A stretch of DNA of 64,000 nt from positions 5,459,047 to 5,523,046 of the forward strand of contig NC_068981.1 in NCBI RefSeq assembly GCF_001194135.2, read 5' to 3'. Of the stretch, positions 52,947-63,988 are shown piece after piece. The stretch is from Octopus bimaculoides. Its lineage: Eukaryota. The position numbers and the translations under genes are program-made. The stretch's first letter is position 1. Every line of letters starts with the position of its first letter. Below the pieces are notes generated by a model, which searched no databases, was not told the origin of the DNA, and was given only the letters and a program-made list of their open reading frames with translations.

Positions 52947-53690
52947 GTTTAGTTGAACAAATCAACCTCAGTACATTTTACTCAAGACTGTTAAGTTACA
53001 GGAATGTAAACCCACCAACACCAGCTGTCATGTATTGGTAGGGCAGAAAGACAGACATAAAACTTCGCACACAAAGATATATATACAGACATACTAGTTT
53101 GTCTGTTGTTGTTGATGACGACCAAGGACATTATGTGTGAGAAGACGGGATATGGTGTGTTTTTTGGCTGTGGCCAATCAGTCCGATGCAGGTCGTGCAC
53201 TGGTGGTCTGTTGGAACCAAAGGCAAGGATTTAGCTGTGGACTTGGGTCGTTTGTGTTTTCTTTGTGTCCCTGCAACCCTGTTTGGTTCATAGGAGGTGA
53301 CATCTCTGTTGATGCAGCTTTGCCAGGCAGGGTGGTCTACACACACACACACAATGGTCTTCTTTTTGTTTCCATCTACCAAATCCACTCACAAGGCTTT
53401 GGTCAGCCCAAGGCTATAGCAGAAGACGCTTGCCCAAGGTGCCACGCAGTGGGACTGAACCCAGAACCATGTGATTCAGAAGCAAGCTTCTTACCACAGA
53501 GTCACACCTGTACCTATATTTTAAAAATCTGTTGTGCCAGCCAGGTTAGGATTAACTCTGTGCTTGGATTATATAAATGTGTCCCAAATCAGGAGTGAAC
53601 TACAAAATATCTTCCTCCCCAACTCCAACACCATCAACAAAACACATCAAACACCCTGCCACCATTATCACAACTAATTAATCTCCTTAC

Positions 53691-53746
53691 CAAATGTTTT
53701 TACATCTTCAGTACATTCTTGTATGGAAATTGACAAATTCTGAACC
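53691..53746 (-). CDS. minus-strand gene exon g: VQNLSISIQECTEDVKTF
   Basis: ttttcttcttctttacag acceptor, GTAAGG donor, 56 nt phase 2/1; other frames closed. Confidence 0.78.
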
Positions 53747-53918
53747 CTGTAAAGAAGAAGAAAAAAAAAAAGCAATTTAATTAAGAACAAAAAGTTCGCT
53801 TAGGATCATTAATTACAGAACAATTAAAGCACAAGTTCAGTTGGGCCACACAAAATAGTCATTTAGCTAATTATAGTTTCATAATTAGATATTATTTAAG
53901 GATTGTTTTTAAAAAAAT

Positions 53919-54338
53919 CAGTTCTATATTTAAGAGATGAGGAATTATTTACATTATTTACATTTGACAGATATTTGTCCTCATCGTGTTTGTTGTTAAC
54001 ACAGCGTTTTGATTGATATACCCTCCAGCCTTCATCAGGTATCTTGGGGAAATTTCTCATTCCTAAGGTATTTTTTGATATTATTATTATTTAGGTCACT
54101 GCCTGGAATCGAACTCGGAATCTTGGGGTTAGTAGCCTGCGCTCTTAACCACTATGCCATATGCCCATGGGAATAATAATAATCAACAACATCAAAAAAT
54201 ACTTTAGGAATGAGAACCCAGGTTCGAAATTTCCCCATGACACCTGATGAAGGCTGGAGGGTATATCAGCCGAAACATTGTGTTAACAACAAAGAAGATG
54301 AGGACAAATATCCGTCAAATGTAAATAATGTAAATAAT
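53919..54338 (-). mobile_element. tRNA-headed, hammerhead-tailed retroposon with inverted tail copy (most complete locus)
   Basis: minus-strand head 54166-54093 with A box TGGCATAGTGG and B box GAGTTCGATTCC, tail to 53919; plus-strand tail copy 54172-54338; CCCATGGG at junction 54164-54171. Confidence 0.85.
54239..54284 (+). ncRNA. minimal type I hammerhead ribozyme-like motif
   Basis: stem I GACAC/GTGTT, core CTGATGA, extra A, stem II GGCTG/CAGCC, GAAA, then C-A-T-T (ACG at this position in two other copies); activity untested. Confidence 0.65.
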
Positions 54339-55678
54339 TTTTTTAAATTGTTCAAATATTTGGTGTAGTGTACAAGTAATTTTTTCTTTTACTTGTTTTG
54401 GTCATTAGGCTGTGGCCATGCTGGGGCACCGCATCGAAGAATTTTAGTTGAGTTAATTGACCCCAGTATTTACTTTACTTTTAAGCCTGGTATTTATTCT
54501 ATCAGTCTCTTTTGCTGAACTGCAAGATTACAGGGATGCAAACACACCAACACTGGTTATTAAGCGGTAGCGGGGCAAACACAGATACAAACGCATACAT
54601 ACATGTACCCATATATGCGTGCATGTATATATATATATTATTTATATATTATTTATATATATATATGTATATCTATATGACAGGCTACTTTTAGTTTCCA
54701 TCAATCAAATCCACTCACAAGGCTTTGATCAACCCAAGGCTGTACAAGAAGACACAGCTTGATGGACTGAACCCAGAACCATGTGGTCCGGAAGCAAGCT
54801 TCTTACCCCCCAGTCAGCCTGTGCATATTGTGCATAAATTTTAGTAACAAATCTTACACGAGGCCCCAAGTGTCATATGCGCCCCCAACAGGTCAAATGG
54901 ACCTTTTGGGGGCGCATTGACCTCCTTCATGGAGTCCTTGACCCCCACATCATCCCCAGGCATGTACAAGAAAATAAATAAATAATGAAAATAATTAAGT
55001 AGATGTGCATTTATCGAACCCCCGAATAGTTCCATCGAGCCTTAGGGGTCGATATCGACTGCTTTGGAGNNNNNNNNNNNNNNNNNNNNNNNNNNNNNNN
55101 NNNNNNNNNNNNNNNNNNNNNNNNNNNNNNNNNNNNNNNNNNNNNNNNNNNNNNNNNNNNNNNNNNNNNNNNNNNNNNNNNNNNNNNNNNNNNNNNNNNN
55201 NNNNNNNNNNNNNNNNNNNNNNNNNNNNNNNNNNNNNNNNNNNNNNNNNNNNNNNNNNNNNNNNNNNNNNNNNNNNNNNNNNNNNNNNNNNNNNNNNNNN
55301 NNNNNNNNNNNNNNNNNNNNNNNNNNNNNNNNNNNNNNNNNNNNNNNNNNNNNNNNNNNNNNNNNNNNNNNNNNNNNNNNNNNNNNNNNNNNNNNNNNNN
55401 NNNNNNNNNNNNNNNNNNNNNNNNNNNNNNNNNNNNNNNNNNNNNNNNNNNNNNNNNNNNNNNNNNNNNNNNNNNNNNNNNNNNNNNNNNNNNNNNNNNN
55501 NNNNNNNNNNNNNNNNNNNNNNNNNNNNNNNNNNNNNNNNNNNNNNNNNNNNNNNNNNNNNNNNNNNNNNNNNNNNNNNNNNNNNNNNNNNNNNNNNNNN
55601 NNNNNNNNNNNNNNNNNNNNNNNNNNNNNNNNNNNNNNNNNNNNNNNNNNNNNNNNNNNNNNNNNNNNNNNNGCCCTG

Positions 55679-56190
55679 ATGCCGTACCAGGCGGTGGGTC
55701 TCATGGCTTCTGATCTTAAACTGATTGGAAGTGTTATCATGTACATATTTTGTCTTGGTATAAAAGATGGGTTTTACAGCAAGTATCCCTATCAATACCA
55801 CAGATTTGCTTGTCAGTTGTTTGACCTTAATCAGTTGAGCATGTCCCTTGGTGGCTGACAATATGTGCATCTCTGATCATGAGCAGAAGTAGTTGGGGAG
55901 CATCATAGTCATGTGTTGAGAGGAATTCTTTGGGGTTTGGATAATTCACCTTTGGAAACATGGGCGTTTTGAACAAAATGGGCTACTCAACCTGAAGAAA
56001 ATTCTAACTGGGCCCCACTTGCAAGGTCATGCGCTGTTTATCTTGATATGAGATCACCATGTCGCGCACATATGGTTGTGATGCATGTGCCTGGTGTACC
56101 CTTATCAGACGGGTAGTCATGATGGGTATAATGGGCTTCGTATACTTTTACCCGAGTGTCACTTTGGTGGCACATGCTGTTCTCTTACTC

Positions 56191-56228
<38 letters not shown>
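55679..56228 (+). mobile_element. non-coding retroposon-like 3' end with (AAT)n tail
   Basis: non-genic sequence ending in (AAT)n at ~56191-56228; family not identified. Confidence 0.4.
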
Positions 56229-56229
<1 letters not shown>

Positions 56230-57269
56230 CATCATCATCGTTTAACGTCCGCTTTCCATGCTAGCATGGGTTGGACGATTTGACTGAGGACTGGTGAACC
56301 AGATGGCTGCACCAGGCTCCAATCTGATTTGGCAGAGTTTCTACAGCTGGATGCCCTTCCTAACGCCAACCACTCCGAGAGTGTAGTGGGTGCTTTTTAC
56401 ATGCAACCGGCACAGGAGCCAGTCAGGTGGCACTGACATCCAACCATGCTCGAATGGTGCTTTTTATGTGCCACCAACATGGGTGCCCAGTGCCAAAACA
56501 AACAAGAATAGAAACATTTTTGGAGGGATTTGAAGCATCACTTTCCCATTATTGAACTTGCTTGGTTTGACTGATGTACAAATTCTTTTAATCTTTTACT
56601 TGCTTCACTCATTTGATTGCGGCCATGCTGTAGCACCACCTTTAGTTAAACAAATTGACAGCAGGACTTATTCTTTAAGCCTAGCACTTATTCTATTGGT
56701 CTCTTTTGCCGCACCACTAAGTTATGGGGACATAAACATACCAACATCGGTTGTCAAGCAATGGTGGGGGGACAAATACAGACACAAACATACGCACACA
56801 CACGCATATATATGATGGGCTTCTTTCAGTTTCCATCTATCAAATCCACTCACAAGGCTTTGGTTGGCCCCGAGGCTATCGTAGAAAACACTTGCCCAAG
56901 GTGTCACGTAGTGGGACTGAACCCAGAACCATGTGGTTGGGAAGCAAGCTTCTTACCACACTCCTGAGCCTATAATAATTATCTACAAATATGATAATAA
57001 CGATAATTGTTATTATACCTCTGTGTGTTTTGATATTAAAACTGAAAAAAAGAAATTGACCATGTTTGTAAAAAGTTTTGGGTTTGCATCCCCCTAAGCA
57101 AATTCTGTTCTTGCGCTCATGGCCCCTAACCCCTATTGTTTGCAACCAGACACACACAATTCTAAGTGTTTCAGCAAATTAGTAAAAGTATATGAGAAAG
57201 GATTAAGTAGAAGTAAAGCACTGTCTTGAGTGATAGGACTCTCAGACCGGCCAGTTACTGGTTTGCTTG

Positions 57270-57470
57270 GTATATAAGTGATCAACACCACATAATCATC
57301 CTCGAATGGAATGCAAGTCCATCGTAGGGTCGCTCGTCCACAGCAGAGAGGACTGGAACAACGAAGAAATGAAGTATTTTGCTTAAGAATACAATGCACT
57401 GCCCAGTTTGGGAATCGAAACAGCAAACTTATGATCACAAGCGCAACATTTTATCCACAAGGCCAGGCAG
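57270..57470 (-). mobile_element. further tRNA-headed SINE family (degraded)
   Basis: reverse complement has tRNA-like head followed by TTCTTAAGCAAAATACTTCATTTC...GTTCCAGTCC; relatives at 3195-3330 and 15415-15600 (+). Confidence 0.55.
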
Positions 57471-57646
57471 CTTCACAAAAGGATTACGACTAACTGGAAT
57501 GCCTTTTTGTTGATAAGAGAAGATTCATGTCAATGAGTAATGACTGACAAGACTTCTATCCGGGCAATATCGTCTGCGGAAGAAGAGATGCCACAAGGAT
57601 TGTCACGGGGAACCTCACAGCAGACCCACCCCCCACGCCCCGCTAC

Positions 57647-57750
57647 CCTTCCAGGAAATCATTTATATTCTCCCCCCCCCCGTTGCTGTCAGGAGTTGTT
57701 AACAATGTCAGGCAAGGGAGATAACTTTCTATCTGTAAATACACCAACCA
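57647..57750 (-). CDS. minus-strand gene exon f: WLVYLQIESYLPCLTLLTTPDSNGGGENINDFLE(G)
   Basis: ttccttcaatag acceptor after a long pyrimidine tract, 104 nt phase 0/2 bridging exons e and g; donor GTAGCG is weak and the frame crosses a 10-G run. Confidence 0.55.
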
Positions 57751-57770
57751 CTATTGAAGGAAAATGGAAA

Positions 57771-57985
57771 GAAGGAAAAGAAGGAAATTGAAACAGAAAA
57801 GAAGGAAAAGGAAAATGAAAAGAAAAAGAAGGAAAAGGAAAATGAAAAGAAAAAGAAGGAAAATGAAAATGAAAAGAAGGAAAATGAAAATGAAAAGAAG
57901 GAAAATGAAAAGAAAGAAAATTAAAAGAAGGAAAAGAAGGAAATTGAAACAGAAAAGAAGGAAAATGAAAATGAAAAGAAGGAAG
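57771..57985. repeat. purine-rich minisatellite built from GAAAAGAAG/GAAAAT units
   Basis: direct reading; fills most of the 240-nt intron 57751-57990 of the minus-strand gene. Confidence 0.9.
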
Positions 57986-57990
57986 CTTAC

Positions 57991-58081
57991 TTTTGATGAC
58001 TGGTATTTCTCCAAAAGGCTGCTGAAAACCTTCAGCTCACCGTTACTGGCTTGAAATATCTTTCTTTGAGTCCACACTTTT
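57991..58081 (-). CDS. minus-strand gene exon e: KVWTQRKIFQASNGELKVFSSLLEKYQSSK
   Basis: ttctcttttaactctag acceptor, GTAAGC donor, 91 nt phase 2/0. Confidence 0.8.
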
Positions 58082-58633
58082 CTAGAGTTAAAAGAGAACA
58101 AATAAATAAATACATAAATTGAAGCTAATATCAAATTGTATGGAGGAAGACCCAAACAACCCTCTCCCTTTCTTTTCTCTCTCTCTTTGCCTCTTACTAC
58201 AACTAACATGTCATTCCCCTCTTCATGTCATTATCATTTTCCTTTCTCTCCACCTCTCACTTCCACTAACCACATGGCAGCGCATCCACATTTGGCATTA
58301 ATACACAAATGATAATAATAATAATAATAATGATAATTCCCCCACCGAGCCCCCTATTTACTTACTGGTACCAACTTCATTTACTGTCTTTCTCTTTCTC
58401 TCCCTTTCCAATGCCTTCAACGAAGGCTTCTCTATGTGGTTGCTGAACCTGCTAGAAACAGCAGCCAAATGTCACTCAAATCACAACTTGTTGCCATTTA
58501 GAAAGAAGAGCATCTTACATAAGACCTCGACACACTTTATGTTAAGACATGATGGTCATGGCTGGAATACCTTTGATCACAGGTTTACACAATCAGGCTT
58601 CAACAACAACAAAATCTTGCAACTCATACTTAC

Positions 58634-58735
58634 TCCGATGCTTCCTGGAACTCCGAATAAAGTCGGATGGCATTCGGTTGGCAATGCTTTGTAATCAACT
58701 CTCCAGCTTTCTTGCAATTTTCCAAAAATCGACTC
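58634..58735 (-). CDS. minus-strand gene exon d: SRFLENCKKAGELITKHCQPNAIRLYSEFQEAS(E)
   Basis: ctgtctatttccag acceptor, GTAAGT donor, 102 nt phase 2/2. Confidence 0.85.
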
Positions 58736-59688
58736 CTGGAAATAGACAGAACATCCTTGTCAGTCGTCTCTTTTATGAATACCAAAGACAATGAGATGGT
58801 GGTGGGGAATGACAAAGAAACAAGGACAGTACTCCAGCATGGCCACAGCCAAACTGAGTGGAACTGCATAAAAAAAGTAAAAATAGAAACTGGAACGTCA
58901 ATAGAATATTACATTAGTAATTGTCCAAGACTAATTTCTAAAGAGATTCTTACCACATGGTTCCGGGTTCAGTCCCACTGCATGGCACCTTAGGCAAGTG
59001 CTTTTTACTATAGCCTCGGGCTGACCAAAGCCTTGTGAGTGGATTTGGTAGACGGAAACTGAAAGAAGCCTGTTGTGTATGTGTGTCTTTGTTTGGTGTC
59101 TGTTCCCCTCCCCACACTGCTTGACAACTGGTGCTAGAGTATCTACATCACTGTAACTTAGCGGTTGAGCAAAAAGAGACTGATAGAATTAGTACCAGGC
59201 TTTAAAAATTACAAGTAGTGGGGCCAATTCATTTGACTAAATTTCTCAAGGTGATGCTCCAGCATGACCACAGTCTAATGTCTTTTATTTTTTGTTTGTT
59301 TCAGTTTTTAGACTGTGGCCATGCTGGGGCACTACCTTGAAGAATTTTTAGTGGAATAAGTCAACCCTAAGCCTGATACTTATTCTATCAGTTTCTTTTG
59401 CTGAAATGCTAAGTCATTGGGATGTAAACACACCAACACCGGTTGTCAAGTGGTGTGAGTGGGTGTGGCAGGTAAAGACAGACAGACAGACATACATGAC
59501 AGGCTTCTTTCAGTTTCCATCTACCAGATTCACTTATAAGGCTTTGGTCAGCCCAAGGCTACCAGAGAAGACATTCGTCCTATATGCCATGCAGTGGGAC
59601 TGAACCTGGAACCATGTGAGAGGGAAGCAAGCTTCTTACCACATGGCCATGCCTGCACCCGAGGAATCCGAAAACAATGGTTGCTTAC

Positions 59689-59793
59689 TTGTCAAGTTCC
59701 TGAAACTTGTCCAGGTTGTCTCTGTTTGTGCCGTCCAAAAGGCGAGTGCTGATCTCTTGGGTATGACTCGCTAAGTTTGTGATGGTCGGGACG
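59689..59793 (-). CDS. minus-strand gene exon c: VPTITNLASHTQEISTRLLDGTNRDNLDKFQELD(K)
   Basis: tttctcttctctcgcag acceptor, GTAAGC donor, 105 nt phase 2/2; only the phase-2 frame is open; CpG-rich versus flanks. Confidence 0.85.
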
Positions 59794-60794
59794 CTGCGAG
59801 AGAAGAGAAACGATAAAAAGAGACAAAATGACAAAAAATATTCAAATAGTCATGGCTCTAATTAAACCTTGTAATTAGCAAAAAGCCAAGTGAACAAGGC
59901 AGCGTCTATGTGATCACTGGACCTGCTAAAAATAGCAGCCAGGTCTCTATGTAATCAGAGGAAAGAGGAACAGCACACTGGATAACATAGTTAGAGATGC
60001 AGCAGGTTTAAGTAATAGATGGGGTGGTCGTGGTTGGCTCTTATCACTTGTAGCTTCCCATCAGAAAGGAAATAAGGTGTAAACACACACACACATCATT
60101 GTACTCACACACACACATGCACACCAACAACAATAATAATAGCCGTCATGCCCGCATCTACTGCCACCACCACCACCATCATCATCATTCAACTGTGTGT
60201 GTGATGGGCCCCATGGAGGCAGTGACAGGTGACCAAGACCTTTGGTGATATACCATGCTTGTGTTGACCTGTCAAGCCGAGTTCGACTGTCGTCGTGGCT
60301 GATGCCAGTGTCGGGTCATTGGCACCCATGCTGGTGGCACGTCCACTACACTCTCAAAGTGGTTGGCGTTAGGAAGGGCATCCAGCTAGGGAAATCTTGC
60401 CAAATCAGATCAGAACCAAGTGCAGCCCCCCCCCCCCAGCTTAGCATTTTTCAGTCAAACTGTCCAACCTATACCAGTATTGAAAGCAGACGTTAAATGA
60501 TGATGATGATGATGATGAACTTGTTTTCCATGCTAGCATAGATTGGATGATTTGACAAGACACTGGCAAACCAGAGGGCAGCACTGGGTTCTATTGTCTG
60601 TTTTGGTATGGTTCCTTACAGCTGGATGCCCTTCCTAATGCCAACCATTTTCCAGAGTGTCTGCTGGGTGATTTATGCATGGAACCAGCACCAGTGCTAC
60701 TAACGTGCCACTGGCACAGGTGCTTTCTTCACAGGTACAGACATATTCTATTGACACAAACACACAGTCATCATTATACAAAGAGTCTCTCCGC

Positions 60795-61342
60795 AATGAT
60801 ATTTTTTGAAGACACCATCAACACCGAGAGATATTGCTCAAATATCATCTCTCCATTTGTAAGACCAACTCACTGAAAGTGAAATTAATAATGCATACTT
60901 TCAGCAAGACGGAGCTACAGCACAGATTTCATGCATCACCATGGCGCTACTTCATGAGTTTTTCGGTGAATGGATTATTTCGAAGGGACTTTGTCCAACA
61001 AGATCACCTGATTTAACACCACCAGACATTTTTTTTTTCTGGGGAGCAAGTAAAGGATCAGTGTACAAGAATCACCCGAAAACCATTAATGAGCTAAAAG
61101 ATGCAAACATAACCTTCACACAGTCCATACTGCATCAGACTCTCCAAGATGTATTTCAAACCATGTGTAGAAGATTCAACTTATGTATTGAAAATGGAAG
61201 ACGACAGCACCACACCTCTTATAAAGTTTTTGTAAAGTCTTGTAAAGTCTAATATATTCTTTTGTAGTTTTCTTATACCATCTTATAAATATTTATTTTG
61301 CAATAAAATACTGCGGAGAGATTTTCTGAACAACCTGTATTT
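60795..61342 (+). mobile_element. 5'-truncated Tc1/mariner-superfamily transposase remnant
   Basis: IFFEDTINTERY, YFQQDGATA, PTRSPDLTPPDIFFFWG...PKTINELK with frameshifts; ends GAACAACCTGTA. Confidence 0.88.
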
Positions 61343-62282
61343 TACTGTCGTTTTACGCATGCACACGCAACACAAATTGGTGGAATAGTTAGAACCTCAG
61401 ATATTGGTCCCAATCCTCTGCACTACAAGTTCAAACCACACTGAAGTTAACGTTGAAACTTTCTTACATTCACAAGCAATAAATATTGACCCACTCTCTC
61501 GCCGTCTCTCAGGAATCAGTTATGTTCAAAGCCAGACAGGAATGGCCTCCACCAGTTTTAGATGCCTAAGACACCCAGTATGTCATGATAATACTTCTAC
61601 AACTCAATCAAAAGTTCAGGACCAAATACAGGAAGGACGCACACACACACACACACACACATTCAGCTTCAAACCTATTATCATTATCATCATTAAGATC
61701 TGACAGAATCGTTAGCACACCGGGCGAAATGTCTAACGATATTTTGTCTGCCACTAAGTTCTGAGTTCAAAATCCACCGAGGTCAACTTACCCTTTCAGG
61801 GTTAACTAAGTACCAGTTATGCACTGGGGTTGATGTGATTGACTTAATCACTTCTCCCAAATTTGAGGCATTGTACTTCCAGTAGAAAGGATTATCATTA
61901 TTATTATTATTATTATTAAGGTAGTGAGCTGGTAGAATCGTTAGCACATTGGCTGAAATGTATTTTGCCCGCACAAAAGAAGCCCTACTAGTTATGTTTC
62001 TACTCAAGTGACCTTTCATGCACCTCTCCTTCCAACAAGGCCCCTCAACTGTCACGTGACATCACTGACCCTATATCACCCCCACTCCCCACACACACAC
62101 ATCATGGTCTCCCTCCTGTGTTAACGGATAACTTTGACACTCAGCCATGTGTGGCAGTTCAACACAACGCATTACCCTGCAAACCACAACAGATCACCCA
62201 CATGTTCGTCCACATGTTCAAGTTTTCTCACAACCATACAACATCTCCTGCCCCTTCTCTGTACATGCCCCATGTGACCTAC

Positions 62283-62371
62283 CAGTGATCAGATTCCATG
62301 CAACCCGTCTTCAGCCAGTAATGATTCAAGAATTCTAAATCAAAAGCCGATCTCCGCTTCTGTAAAACATC
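62283..62371 (-). CDS. minus-strand gene exon b: DVLQKRRSAFDLEFLNHYWLKTGCMESDH(C)
   Basis: long polypyrimidine tract + ttattttag, GTAGGT donor, 89 nt phase 0/2. Confidence 0.82.
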
Positions 62372-62540
62372 CTAAAATAAGTGAAAAAAAAAGAAGAAAA
62401 ATTAAAGACATTGCATAATAGATTTTATTTATTTTCTTACACACACACAAAAACAAAACACCACCACCACCACTAACAACAACAACAACAATAGCATTCT
62501 TAAGGTATATCCACATTAACTAGGATATACAGATTGCTCC

Positions 62541-62576
<36 letters not shown>

Positions 62577-63412
62577 TTAATGTCCACTTTCCATGCTGGC
62601 ATGGGTTGGACGGTTTGATTGAGGACTGGTGAGCCAGGAGGCTGTGTCAGGCTCTAATCTGAATCTGGCAATGTTTCTACAGTTGGATGCCCTTCCTAGC
62701 ACCAACCACTCCGAGAGTGTAGTGGGTGCTTGCTATGTGCCACCAGCATGGGAGCCAGTCAGGAAGCACTGGCATCGACCATGCTCGAATGGTACTTTTC
62801 ACGTGCCACCAAATGGCTTTTTACCAAGGAAAATAAAGACAATTGCCCCGACCTGTTTTACAGTTCTTTGGCCACTCATAGCCAAGGACATGTCATGCAG
62901 TTTAACTGCTTGGAATTTATCTTAGCTTTCCTACGCATTTTAATAAATATTATAAATACACACACACAGTAAATAGATGAAAATGCACAGTAAAGTTAAA
63001 ACAATTACCATAATCTCTTTAAGAAAAATTAAAAGAGAAAAACAGACAGATTTCATTTAGATATATAACATTTTTTTTACTTTGCATTTCTTAAGTGTAA
63101 ATTATAGAATCCAGTCATGGAAGGAAAACAATAAATGGCTACCACAATCGTGTACATGTCACACTGTGCTATTCAGAGGGGCAACAGATAAACTCAATAA
63201 GAATTCTGTTATTAACAAAGAATTCCAGCAACGGACAGACTAGAGGGTGGGGGTTTGTTTGCTGTAAGTCTGACTAGGAAGTTCTGTGGAAATTCATGTT
63301 GATGTTAGGTGAAATAACTTTCATCATCATCATCATCATCATTTGTCTATGCATGGCTGGGTGGTTGGGTGGATGGATATAAATATAGAAAGAAACGTGA
63401 TAAAAGCCTTAC

Positions 63413-63548
63413 TTCGATTTTAATCATTTTTGTTGTGAGTTCATTGAGTTGTGGAGAAAGGTTCCGTAGACACGTTAAAGTGTTTTTAATCCATGAAGTG
63501 TTTGCAACGGATTCACTTTGATTCAAGAAGCTTTGTTTCAGATAAGTC
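63413..63548 (-). CDS. unidentified minus-strand gene, exon a: TYLKQSFLNQSESVANTSWIKNTLTCLRNLSPQLNELTTKMIKIE
   Basis: ttttttgtttttcag acceptor, GTAAGG donor, 136 nt phase 2/0, open frame. Confidence 0.82.
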
Positions 63549-63784
63549 CTGAAAAACAAAAAACCAATACAACAGCGCTTTTATTTATTTATTTATTCTT
63601 GATTTTTCTTACATTATACAACACACACTTTGTCGTCTTTTATTTCCATTTACACACACACACACACACACACACTCACATCTTGGAGCAGAATTACTCT
63701 TGTCCATCTGCTACATAGAAATTCCATCCCTGTCAGCCTGTCTTTGATTCCACAACACCTGTTGTGCATCAATAGTTGACAATG

Positions 63785-63955
63785 GCGCAGGAGTGGCTGT
63801 GTGGTAAGTAGCTTGCTTACCAACCACATGGTTACGGGTTCAGTCCCACTGCATGGCACTTTGGGCAAGTGTCTTCTACTATAGCCTCAGGCCGACCAAA
63901 GCCTTGTGAGTGGATTTGGTAGGCGGAAACTGAAAGAAGCCCGTCGTATATATGC

Positions 63956-63960
<5 letters not shown>
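63785..63960 (+). mobile_element. tRNA-derived CORE-like SINE (representative)
   Basis: A box TGGCTGTGTGG, B-box-like GGTTCAGTCCC, CTTGGGCAAGT CORE-like motif; other copies near 405, 2075, 5970, 15880, 24820, 26905, 32093, 44360, 58950 (+) and 7690, 28700, 30320, 31680, 52065, 53365, 54680, 56815, 59495 (-). Confidence 0.85.

Positions 63961-63988
<28 letters not shown>

Noticed and set aside
57540-57610. SAEEEMPQG resembling the RT GVPQG motif
   Set aside because: No flanking RT motifs; chance similarity
57764-58054. Lys/Arg-rich protamine-like ORF
   Set aside because: Translation of the purine minisatellite, antisense to real exons
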